Positions 7,988 to 15,731 of a stretch of 40,761 bases of DNA are shown here, piece by piece (the stretch's first letter is position 1; the number at the start of each line of letters is the position of its first letter). Source of the stretch: Vulcanimicrobiaceae bacterium (lineage in GTDB: Bacteria > Vulcanimicrobiota > Vulcanimicrobiia > Vulcanimicrobiales > Vulcanimicrobiaceae). Below the pieces are notes generated by a model, which worked only from the letters and a program-made list of their open reading frames with translations, searched no databases and was not told where the DNA came from. Where the stretch lies: the NCBI GenBank assembly GCA_046262595.1, contig JBHEMM010000001.1, positions 97,166-137,926 on the forward strand, read 5' to 3'. Made by a program: the position numbers and the translations under genes.

Positions 7988-9298
7988 TTAGAGATGCGGA
8001 AAGACGACGATCACGCCGTATGCAGCGCTGAGCAAGACGATGACTGCCATGACGGCTCCGCCTAGCGTGTTCGCGAGTGCGCCGTTTGCCAAGCGTCCCA
8101 GCAGTTCGCGATCGTTTGCAAGTAAAAGCACGAACAGCAGCGCCGGTGCCATGAGCAGCGTTGCCAGAACGTTGACGAGGAGCGTTATGGTGAGAAGCGG
8201 CGCATGCGGAACCAGTACGACGGCTGCAGCGATAGCGATTGAAAGCAGCCCTGCGGCGTAGAACGCGCGCGCTTTCGAGAACGGCAGATTCAAACTGCTG
8301 CCGCCCCGCAGCACTTCGCCTGCGGCATATGCCGAACTGGCCGAGATCGTCACCGCTGCAATGAGGCCAGCCTCGATCATTCCCAGAGCGAACAGATGTG
8401 CCATCGCGGCCCCGATATAAGGGCGCAAAGCCGTTGCGAAATCGGCTCCTCCGTTTAGCGCGCTCACGTTCGCGTGATGCGCAAACAAAACAGCGCCCGT
8501 CGCGACGGCGGCGATTGCAACGGAGGCGGCAACGGCCGCGCCGATGCCGGTATCTAGACGTGCACGTGACAGATCGCACTGCGTGAGTCCTTTGTCGGTC
8601 ACCGCGCTTTGCTGGAAGAAGATCATCCATGGCGTCACCGTCGCACCCACGTTTGCGAGAATCAGTGTGAGAAACATTGCGCCGTTTCCCGCCGGCAGTT
8701 GCTGACCAAAAGAAAAAGCGCGCGCGAACGCGTGCGGGTCGGGGTGTGCTGCTAAAGCGACCGGGATGAATACGATGTTTCCGGCTGCGAGCAGCAATGC
8801 GAAGCGCTCCCACGTAAAATAACGGCGTGTCGCGAATGCGGCGGCGATTATGCCGACCGAGCCGAACACCGCGATCGGCGCGGGCACACCTAGGAACGCG
8901 GCTCCCGAGCGAATCGCAATGAATTCCGTGACGAGCGTCAGCACGTTGCCGATCGCGAGTTCGACCATAGCAAAATACCCCCAGCCGTGCCCGAAGCGGC
9001 TGAAAATGAGATCGGCGTGACCGCGATGCGTTGCCAAGCCGATTCGAATAGTTGCTTCCTGCACGACGTACGCCATCGCGAACGTCACGAGAATAAACGG
9101 CACGAATACGCCGATCCCGCAGAGCGCTCCGGTTGTAACATACGAGAGCATGCTGGGGCCGTCGTTCTCGCCGAGCATCGTCAGAACGCCCGGCCCGGCG
9201 ACGACTGCGAGCAACATCAGCCGCCGACGCGCACGATGTCCCAATTGCAAGCCGCTTCGCGCCGGAGCCAGACATCCGTAGATCGTATCGGTCGTCAT
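7988..9298 (-). CDS. NRAMP/SLC11-related divalent metal transporter
   Basis: GPG.LTMLGENDGPSMLSY, QE...RIG, GATVTPWMIFFQQS; about 11 TM segments. Confidence 0.88.
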   Translation of the reverse strand: MTTDTIYGCLAPARSGLQLGHRARRRLMLLAVVAGPGVLTMLGENDGPSMLSYVTTGALCGIGVFVPFILVTFAMAYVVQEATIRIGLATHRGHADLIFSRFGHGWGYFAMVELAIGNVLTLVTEFIAIRSGAAFLGVPAPIAVFGSVGIIAAAFATRRYFTWERFALLLAAGNIVFIPVALAAHPDPHAFARAFSFGQQLPAGNGAMFLTLILANVGATVTPWMIFFQQSAVTDKGLTQCDLSRARLDTGIGAAVAASVAIAAVATGAVLFAHHANVSALNGGADFATALRPYIGAAMAHLFALGMIEAGLIAAVTISASSAYAAGEVLRGGSSLNLPFSKARAFYAAGLLSIAIAAAVVLVPHAPLLTITLLVNVLATLLMAPALLFVLLLANDRELLGRLANGALANTLGGAVMAVIVLLSAAYGVIVVFPHL

Positions 9299-9309
9299 TG
9301 CTAGCGCCG

Positions 9310-9335
9310 ATTCCCCGCAAAGCCCACAACAACGC
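9310..9335 (-). promoter_or_regulatory. Putative SigB/SigF-type promoter (GCGTT-N15-GGGAAT)
   Basis: 11 nt upstream of ATG 9298. Confidence 0.45.
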
Positions 9336-9429
9336 TAATCGTGCTTCCCTTTGCTCTGTATACGAAAGGCAAAGCGCTCGGCTATTAAGCGGCGCTCGAG
9401 TCCTCTCTCGTGCGTGGGGTATACCTCAC

Positions 9430-9644
9430 CGAGTGCGGCAAGAATTGTTCCATCGGAATTGGTTTACATCATTCGACGATGCCCGTCTTCAAGCTGCGGC
9501 CTGGCGCGTCGATGACAACACGAATCACCCACACAGTTCGCTTGGCGATCTCGCGCCCGAAGAGTTTGCCAAGCGCGCAGCGATGATCATCACCAAGCCG
9601 TGATTTCCGGACCTTCCACGGGATAAAAATCGGGGGCCGACCCG
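9430..9644 (+). mobile_element. IS3-family (IS407-like) remnant: transposase C-terminus plus degenerate right end
   Basis: RVRQELFHRNWFTSFDDAR...AWRVDDNTNHPHSSLGDLAPEEFA* resembles the IS3 integrase-core tail (WF.S..AR...W..DYN..RPHSSLG); followed by IR-like GGATAAAAATCGGGGGCCGACC. Confidence 0.8.
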
Positions 9645-9792
9645 CTACGCTTCTTCTCAACCCATCCACAGCATAACTGTGGGCTCCACGTCAGGCACGA
9701 CCTCGCTGCGCAACTGACGCTCCGAAAAGTACGGCGCCCGAAACAAGTCGGGACGCGTTCCGAACTTTTGGCGCCGCAATGACGCGCAACGC

Positions 9793-9831
9793 TTTCAAAG
9801 TTTATTCCGTTTCCTGCGGAATACTTTGAAA
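9793..9831. repeat. Inverted repeat just 3' of tRNA-Leu
   Basis: TTTCAAAG-tt-TATTCCG-loop7-CGGAATA-CTTTGAAA. Confidence 0.7.
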
Positions 9832-9846
9832 ATTACAACACTGAAT

Positions 9847-9930
9847 TGCCCAGGAAGGGACTCGAACCCCCACGGCCTTGCGGCCACTGATACCTGAAAC
9901 CAGCGCGTCTACCAATTCCGCCACCTGGGC
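9847..9930 (-). tRNA. tRNA-Leu(CAG), CCA not encoded
   Basis: GCCCAGGTGGCGGAATTGGTAGACGCGCTGGTTTCAGGTATCAGTGGCCGCAAGGCCGTGGGGGTTCGAGTCCCTTCCTGGGCA: cloverleaf with long variable arm. Confidence 0.97.
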
Positions 9931-9933
9931 ATT

Positions 9934-10120
9934 CTCGGGCGGGCAGCGTTCGCGCCCGCGACCGAGCCGGATTCGCCCCGGAACCCGGCAGCCCTTTTCG
10001 CGCTTGGTGCCTGCACGACGTCTGCCTCCGCCCACCTGATCTCCGGCGAAACGCCGCCGCTCGACGCCTATTCGGAGCCCTCCGTGGTTGGCAAGAGAAG
10101 TGCGCGGACGGCGCCGTGAT
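9934..10120 (-). ncRNA. Candidate structured RNA upstream of tRNA-Leu
   Basis: About 22-bp interrupted stem closing a multiloop (10014-10118) plus two further hairpins; G-U wobbles favour the minus strand. No family recognised. Confidence 0.35.
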
Positions 10121-10264
10121 CGGTGTGAATACCGCCGTTTTTCCGGCCAAGGTTTGTGCATTTCCGTCGGCGCATGACGATGATCGACTTCGACGCAGTT
10201 ACCGTCTTACGATCGTTCGTAAGCGCGAACGGCTCGCGCCGCTCGTGCTCCCCATCGAGGCGCC

Positions 10265-11437
10265 ATGATCCGCAGACTCTTCCCTATCTTAGGCATCACG
10301 TTCGTCGACATTCTCGGTTTCAGCATTTTGATTCCCAGCTTGCCGTATCTTGCGACAAGCCTGCATGCTTCGCCGCTGATCATCGGCATTCTGTTTTCGA
10401 CGTTCTCGTTTTGCCAGTTGCTCGCCGGGCCGGTATGGGGCAACGTTTCCGATCGCATCGGGCGCAAGGGTGTCTTGATCATCAGCCAAATCGGCGCGAC
10501 CATCGGATGGGGCATGCTCGCGTTCGCACCGAGTATTTGGTTTATCTTTTTGGCGCGTATCGTCGAGGGTGTTTCGGGCGGCAACATCGGAGTGACGCAG
10601 GCATATGTCGCGGATCTGGTCGCACCGAAAGAGCGCGCGCGCGCATTTTCGTATATCGGCGCCACGTTTGCAGCCGGTATGGCGTTCGGTCCGCTGATTG
10701 GGCTGATCTTCCTGCGGTTCGGACACGGTGCACCGTTTTTGGCTGCCGCTGGGCTGCAATTTGTGACACTGCTTGTAACGATCTTCATGCTTCCCGAGTC
10801 GCGCGCGAAAAGCGACGAGCCGAATGTGGGGTTCAACGAAATCTTGCACACGTTCGGCAACCGGGAACTGGCGCCCGTGCTCTGGCAAAAGCTCGCGCTC
10901 TCACTTTCGCTGTATGCATGGTTCAGCGTCATCACGCTTTATCTGATGTACCAAATGAACTTCTCGCAAGGCCGGACGTTTTATTTTTATTCCGCGTTCG
11001 CCGTGCTGAACGTGCTGACGAACGTCGGCGGTGTCGGCCGCGCCTCCGATCGTTTCGGCGACAAAACGATGGCGCTGATCGGCATCGGCTTCTTGGTGGC
11101 CGCGTTTGCCGTCGTGCCGTTTGTGCACGCGCTCTATCTGATCGTCGTCGTAATGGCGCTCTTCAGCGTCGGAATGGCGTTCGCGAATACGGGGCTGACC
11201 GCAATCATCAGTAATACGGTTGACGAACGCCGGCAGGGGACCGTCCTGGGTGTGACATCGTCGCTCGATTCGGTTGCGGGCATCGTTTCGCCGCCGATCT
11301 CGACCGGATTGCTCGGGCGCTTCGGTTCGCCGTGGGCCGCCGCCGCCTCGCTGCTTTTCGCGGTGATTGCGCTGCTGTTGGGTTTGCGAATCCACGCGCG
11401 CGCTGCGCGGGGAAAGGCATCGACGACGGTGGCTTAG
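10265..11437 (+). CDS. MFS transporter, TetA/DHA1-like
   Basis: GNVSDRIGRKGVL (motif A), ARIVEGVSGG, GMAFGPLIG; 12 TM. Confidence 0.9.
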   Translation: MIRRLFPILGITFVDILGFSILIPSLPYLATSLHASPLIIGILFSTFSFCQLLAGPVWGNVSDRIGRKGVLIISQIGATIGWGMLAFAPSIWFIFLARIVEGVSGGNIGVTQAYVADLVAPKERARAFSYIGATFAAGMAFGPLIGLIFLRFGHGAPFLAAAGLQFVTLLVTIFMLPESRAKSDEPNVGFNEILHTFGNRELAPVLWQKLALSLSLYAWFSVITLYLMYQMNFSQGRTFYFYSAFAVLNVLTNVGGVGRASDRFGDKTMALIGIGFLVAAFAVVPFVHALYLIVVVMALFSVGMAFANTGLTAIISNTVDERRQGTVLGVTSSLDSVAGIVSPPISTGLLGRFGSPWAAAASLLFAVIALLLGLRIHARAARGKASTTVA

Positions 11438-11444
11438 CGCGCGG

Positions 11445-12308
11445 TTAGGCGCTCTTCTTTTTGCGTTTGGACGTTGACGGGGACGAGCGGTGCGCCGCGC
11501 GTTTGGGTGCGTGCGCAGCGCGGCCCTCGCGCTGTTTTTTACTCTCCTGCAAGCTCTGCTGCAGCACGTCCATGAGGTTGACAACTTTGCTGCGCGACGG
11601 CGCTTTCTTGGGCGCGGGCAGTTCTTTGCCCGCGGCGCGCGCTTCGATCATCGCCATCATGTCATCGTGATAGCGGTTCGTAAACTTTTCGGGTTCAAAA
11701 GCTTGCACACTCATCGAATCGATCAGCATCTTCGCCATCTTCATTTCCGGCTCGGGCAGTTTGACGTCGGAGGGAAGATCCAGATCCGATTGTTCCACCA
11801 GTTCGTCCGCCCAATGCATTAGTTCGAGCATCAGCGCTTTGCCGCTCGGTTTTACCGCAGCGATCGTTTCTTTCGTGCGGATTACGACGCGCGCGATCGC
11901 CACCTTACCGGCCTTTTCCAAGGCTTCGCGAAGCAGCGCATACGCATGACGGCCTTGTTTTGTCGGTTCTAAGTAATACGGCTTGTCGAAGTACATCGGG
12001 TCGATTTGATCCAGATCGACGAACTCCAAGATATCGACGCTTTGCGTCGCTTCGGGATTTACTTTTTTGAAATCCTCGTCGGTGAGCACGACGTACTCAC
12101 CTTTTTCGTATTCGTAGCCTTTGACGATCTCGTCCCACGGCACCGGCTTGTTGTCGATGGAGCAGACCCGTTCGTACTTGATGCGGCCCTCGTCTTTGGC
12201 GTGAAGCATGTTGAATGAGAGCTCGTTGCCGCGCACGGCCGTGAAGAGTTTGACCGGAATCGTCACCAGTCCAAAATTGATTGACCCTGACCAAATCGCG
12301 TGAGCCAT
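11445..12308 (-). CDS. ku: NHEJ DNA end-binding protein Ku
   Basis: AIWSGSINFGLVTIPVKL, EIVKGYEY, IDPMYFDKPYYL, VVNLMDVLQQSL; basic tail. Confidence 0.96.
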   Translation of the reverse strand: MAHAIWSGSINFGLVTIPVKLFTAVRGNELSFNMLHAKDEGRIKYERVCSIDNKPVPWDEIVKGYEYEKGEYVVLTDEDFKKVNPEATQSVDILEFVDLDQIDPMYFDKPYYLEPTKQGRHAYALLREALEKAGKVAIARVVIRTKETIAAVKPSGKALMLELMHWADELVEQSDLDLPSDVKLPEPEMKMAKMLIDSMSVQAFEPEKFTNRYHDDMMAMIEARAAGKELPAPKKAPSRSKVVNLMDVLQQSLQESKKQREGRAAHAPKRAAHRSSPSTSKRKKKSA

Positions 12309-12353
12309 AAGCTCGCCTTATCTCCCTCTGCCCATCCAAGGGCGCGGACTTCT

Positions 12354-12362
12354 ATTATACCC
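12354..12362 (-). promoter_or_regulatory. Internal ku promoter -10 (GGGTATAAT: overlapping GGGTAT and TATAAT)
   Basis: 45 nt upstream of ku ATG; no clear -35. Confidence 0.45.
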
Positions 12363-12369
12363 TACCGCG

Positions 12370-13335
12370 CTAGCCCGGCTTGACAGCCCAAGCAGTTTGT
12401 GCGGTTTTTAACGCGCGCTCCAACGCTGCCGGTTTCCAGGCGCGCGCCGCCCATAAATCGCCTTGGGCTGCAATGCGTTTCGGCGCCGTCTTGATGGTCC
12501 ACTGACCGATGACATCCTCCGGGGTGCCGCGCTTGCGCCGCATGTCTTCCACTTCCGACCAGTCCAGCGGCATCGAAACCGGCGCGCCGGAGCGCGCACG
12601 CGCCACATAAGGCGGCACGACGGTTTTGCCGCGGCCCACTTGCACCCAGTCCAAATACACCGCGGTTTTTGGCCGCCGCGAAACAGCGCGTTCGAGCGTG
12701 GTTTCGCCGGGCAGCAGGTGATTGACGCGATGCGCGACGATCTCCGCAAACTGCTTGACCATATCGTAGTCATACTTGTTTTTGAGCGGAATGACGACGT
12801 GCAAGCCGGAGCCGCCGGAGGTCTTCACCAAGACCGGCAAACCTATCGCCTCGAGCTGTTCGCGAAACGCAAGTGCCACCGTCGCCAACGTCTTCGTCGT
12901 CGTTTTCTCGCATGTGTCCAGATCGAAGAGCGCGTAGTCGGGCGTATCGGTCGTCGGAACGTGCGAGTACCACACGTGCAGAACGATCGCAGCGAGGTTC
13001 GCGCACCAGACGAGCGCAGCTTCGTCGTTACACATCATATACGAAACTTTGCGCGAATTCGCGTCCGCCGCGAGCGCCACGGTCGGGATCCAGTCCGGTT
13101 TATATTTGGGCGCCTGCTTCTCAAAGAAACTTTGCGCGTCGATGCCGTCGGGATAGCGCTGCAGTGTCAGCGGCCGGTTTTGAAGATGCGGTATAAGCCA
13201 ACGCGCCACGCTGCGGTAATAAGCAACGAGATCGCCTTTGGTGTAACCGTCGAGCGGCCAGAGCACTTTGCCGGCGTTCGAGAGCGTGATCGCGCGGCCG
13301 CCGATGACGACGCTCTCTGTGGTGCGTGCGGCCAC
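12370..13335 (-). CDS. ligD: LigD polymerase (AEP primase-polymerase) domain, stand-alone
   Basis: YTKGDLVAYY, RPLTLQRYPDGI, FDLD, KTSGGSGLHV, VYLDWVQ, VPPYVAR, APVSMPLDW. Confidence 0.92.
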   Translation of the reverse strand: MAARTTESVVIGGRAITLSNAGKVLWPLDGYTKGDLVAYYRSVARWLIPHLQNRPLTLQRYPDGIDAQSFFEKQAPKYKPDWIPTVALAADANSRKVSYMMCNDEAALVWCANLAAIVLHVWYSHVPTTDTPDYALFDLDTCEKTTTKTLATVALAFREQLEAIGLPVLVKTSGGSGLHVVIPLKNKYDYDMVKQFAEIVAHRVNHLLPGETTLERAVSRRPKTAVYLDWVQVGRGKTVVPPYVARARSGAPVSMPLDWSEVEDMRRKRGTPEDVIGQWTIKTAPKRIAAQGDLWAARAWKPAALERALKTAQTAWAVKPG

Positions 13336-15002
13336 TACGCGACCTCGCCGGTATCGAGCGCGCGCTCCCGCGTGCAGTCCTGCGGCGATTTATCCAGGCG
13401 CAAACCCTGGAATGCCGGCTGACGCATGTATCCGTCGCGCGTCCATTCGGCAAAACGGATCTGCGCGACCATGACTGGCTCGACCCAATGCGGCTTCGTA
13501 TTGGCCTGAACTTTGTTGGCGAACGGCGAGGTCTTACGTTCGATCTTCTTGAGATCTTTGCTCATGCTCGCGAGCAGCTTGGTGTTGAACCCGGTGCCGG
13601 CATGGCCGACGTACTGTAACGATTTCCCCTCGTACAATCCCAGCAGCAGCGAGCCGAAACCCGAGCGGCTGCCGCGCGGTTCGGTGAAGCCGCCGATGAC
13701 GCATTCCTGCACGAGCTGCGCTTTGATCTTCACCCAATCGCGCGTGCGCCGCTCGCTGTACAGCGAGTCGCGCTTCTTGCCGATGATGCCTTCCAATTGC
13801 TGCTTTTTCGCAAGATCGAACAGCGAACAGCCGTTCTCTTCCACGTGTTTGGAATAGATGACCAGCTCGTTGCCGCCGGCAATGCACCGCTCGAGCAGCG
13901 CTTTGCGCTCGGTCAGCGGCGTTTTGCGCAGATCGCGCCCGTCGGCGTACAGCAAGTCGAAGGCGGCGAATGTGACCGCTGCGTCTTTCTTGCCTGCTTG
14001 GCGTCGGCTGCTGAGCGATTCTTGCAGGCGTTGAAATGACGAACGTCCCGCCGGATCGAGACTGACGATTTCGCCGTCCACGATGATGGGCAGCGTCGTC
14101 CACGCCGATCGAAGTGCTTGGAGTTGCGGAAAGCGCTGCAAAAAATCCAAACCGTTGCGTGAGATCAGCTCGACGCTCCCGTCTTCCTGAACGGTGCAGA
14201 TCGCACGGTAACCGTCCCACTTGATCTCGAACACCCAAGCCGGATCGTCGAACGGCTCGTCCACCAGCGTCGCGAGCATCGGTGTTTTGATGACCGGCAT
14301 GTTATCCCGCTTTGCGCGCGCCGCGGCTTTTTTTTCGGCAGTGTTTCTTCCGCTGGCGGATTTCTTGTCGGATACCCAGTGCGGCGCGCTCGGATCGTCC
14401 GCGTACGACTCCACCGTGCGCCCCGTCTTCACCGATTTGTTATCTTCGCCGATCTCGTACTTTGGGTCGACGAACTCGTCGTGATCTTTGATCAAGAGCC
14501 ACGGATCGCCGCTCTCGCCGCCGCGGCCTTTGATGCGCACGAGCGTGAATTCGCCGTGCATCTTTTTGCCGTGCATGACGAACTTGATCTTGCCCTTGCC
14601 GATCTCGTGCGTGGGATCGCCGCCTTCGGAGAGCTCGTAGGTCCCCTCGTCCCACACGATCACCTCGCCCGCGCCGTAGTTTCCTTTTGGAATGATTCCC
14701 TCGAACGTGCGGTAGTCCATCGGATGGTCCTCGACGTGCATCGCCAAACGGCGCTCTTTGGGATCGAAAGAGGGGCCTTTAGGAACGGCCCATGATTTGA
14801 GCACGCCGTCCGCTTCGAGGCGGAAGTCGTAGTGCAGCCGCGTCGCACGGTGCTTTTGTATGACGAAGCGCAGTTTGCGCGCGCCCTTCGCGCGCGCGCC
14901 GCGCGGCTCGGGCGTATCGGCAAAGTCGCGCTTGGCGTGATAGCGCTGGAGCGAGCCCGGCTCCTGGTCGGACGGGCCCGCTCCGCGTTTCTTTACCGGC
15001 AT
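13335..15002 (-). CDS. ligD: LigD phosphoesterase + ATP-dependent ligase
   Basis: FVIQKHRATRLHYDFRLE, LAMHVEDHP (PE); EIKWDGYR, DGEIV, FDLL, EGIIGK, WVKIK (ligase); OB domain. Confidence 0.95.
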   Translation of the reverse strand: MPVKKRGAGPSDQEPGSLQRYHAKRDFADTPEPRGARAKGARKLRFVIQKHRATRLHYDFRLEADGVLKSWAVPKGPSFDPKERRLAMHVEDHPMDYRTFEGIIPKGNYGAGEVIVWDEGTYELSEGGDPTHEIGKGKIKFVMHGKKMHGEFTLVRIKGRGGESGDPWLLIKDHDEFVDPKYEIGEDNKSVKTGRTVESYADDPSAPHWVSDKKSASGRNTAEKKAAARAKRDNMPVIKTPMLATLVDEPFDDPAWVFEIKWDGYRAICTVQEDGSVELISRNGLDFLQRFPQLQALRSAWTTLPIIVDGEIVSLDPAGRSSFQRLQESLSSRRQAGKKDAAVTFAAFDLLYADGRDLRKTPLTERKALLERCIAGGNELVIYSKHVEENGCSLFDLAKKQQLEGIIGKKRDSLYSERRTRDWVKIKAQLVQECVIGGFTEPRGSRSGFGSLLLGLYEGKSLQYVGHAGTGFNTKLLASMSKDLKKIERKTSPFANKVQANTKPHWVEPVMVAQIRFAEWTRDGYMRQPAFQGLRLDKSPQDCTRERALDTGEVA

Positions 15003-15015
15003 AACGCCGCGCTTG

Positions 15016-15174
15016 TCAGACCCGAGCGCCTCTTCCCGTCAGGAGGTTCCAGATGAGCAGGATGATCGCGACGACGATCACGAGATGAATGATCGCCCCC
15101 AGATGGAAGACCGTGAAGCCTAGAATCCAGAAGATGAACAATACGACGATGATTACCCAGAGAATTCCGCCCAC
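15016..15174 (-). CDS. lmo0937-family (DUF5670) small membrane protein, 52 aa
   Basis: Manual translation MGGILWVIIVVLFIFWILGFTVFHLGAIIHLVIVVAIILLIWNLLTGRGARV; GGAGG SD; below ORF-track cutoff. Confidence 0.85.
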   Translation of the reverse strand: MGGILWVIIVVLFIFWILGFTVFHLGAIIHLVIVVAIILLIWNLLTGRGARV

Positions 15175-15177
15175 GCG

Positions 15178-15372
15178 TTAGTGCCCTCCGCCGTTCGTGT
15201 TTGTGGTGGTATTCGTCGTCGTCGTACCCGTCGAGCCGCTGCTCGCACTAGACCAAGGGTGAAGTACGAAAACGGCGATGAGAATTGCGATCAGTACGAC
15301 GATAACGATGCCGAGCGCCGCTGCGCCGCCACCAGAGTCGCCATCCTTCACTACAACCGGTCCGTCAGCCAT
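15178..15372 (-). CDS. Small single-TM protein with Ser/Thr-rich tail
   Basis: SD AAAGGAG; one hydrophobic helix followed by SSASSGSTGTTTTNTTTNTN. Confidence 0.8.
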   Translation of the reverse strand: MADGPVVVKDGDSGGGAAALGIVIVVLIAILIAVFVLHPWSSASSGSTGTTTTNTTTNTNGGGH

Positions 15373-15410
15373 ACGAGTTCTTGCTCCTTTCGTGTTGCAG
15401 TGCGCCCGTT

Positions 15411-15436
15411 ATACCCACCTTGCAAGCGGATACACC
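15411..15436 (-). promoter_or_regulatory. Putative SigB/SigF-type promoter (GGTGT-N15-GGGTAT) of the NHEJ operon
   Basis: Closest match in the window to the SigB/SigF consensus. Confidence 0.6.
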
Positions 15437-15458
15437 TTTTCGGCGAACGAGCCCCCAC

Positions 15459-15731
15459 ATGTGGGCGGCCGCGGGCCTAGCGCTCTCGCTAAGTGTTTCC
15501 CTGATTGCCTTCTTTCAAAGCAGACGGGCTGCCGCTACGTACTACGAAGGAGAAGTGTATGGTATGACGCCGGCCGTCCACCGGCGTTATGCGGCCGTCG
15601 CGCTGGCCTTCGCCGGAGGCTTTACGACAGCGCTGCTTTTTCCCACGCTTCCGGTTGCAGTGCTGATGGGCGGGTACGTCATTTTTATGGTGTTCTATCT
15701 GTCTTCATTCGCGCGCGGGTTCGGTGAATGA
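15459..15731 (+). CDS. Hypothetical 3-TM membrane protein
   Basis: Hydrophobic ORF with ATGA overlap into the next gene; start uncertain. Confidence 0.65.
   Translation: MWAAAGLALSLSVSLIAFFQSRRAAATYYEGEVYGMTPAVHRRYAAVALAFAGGFTTALLFPTLPVAVLMGGYVIFMVFYLSSFARGFGE

Noticed and set aside
7032..9332. 766-aa ORF suggesting a giant Mn catalase fusion
   Set aside because: The N-terminal ~455 aa is an Arg-rich shadow frame of the NRAMP gene; a strong SD and the family N-terminus start at 7967.
9325..9435. M-box (ykoK) riboswitch-like fragments upstream of the NRAMP gene (GGTGAGG...TTAATAGC...ATACAGAGCAAAG...ACGAT)
   Set aside because: Too short and lacks the central conserved AAUGUCGAAAGACGCCAAUGGG-like core. 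No yybP-ykoY motifs either. An Rfam scan would settle it.
9704..9791. Integron attC site
   Set aside because: No RYYYAAC/GTTRRRY inverted core pair, no cassette array, no integrase.
10014..10118. 6S RNA or T-box identity for the structured leader
   Set aside because: Rod too short for 6S and no UGGNACC T-box motif; kept only as an unknown candidate.
9833..10161. ORFs running through tRNA-Leu
   Set aside because: They overlap a bona fide tRNA and have non-protein-like composition.
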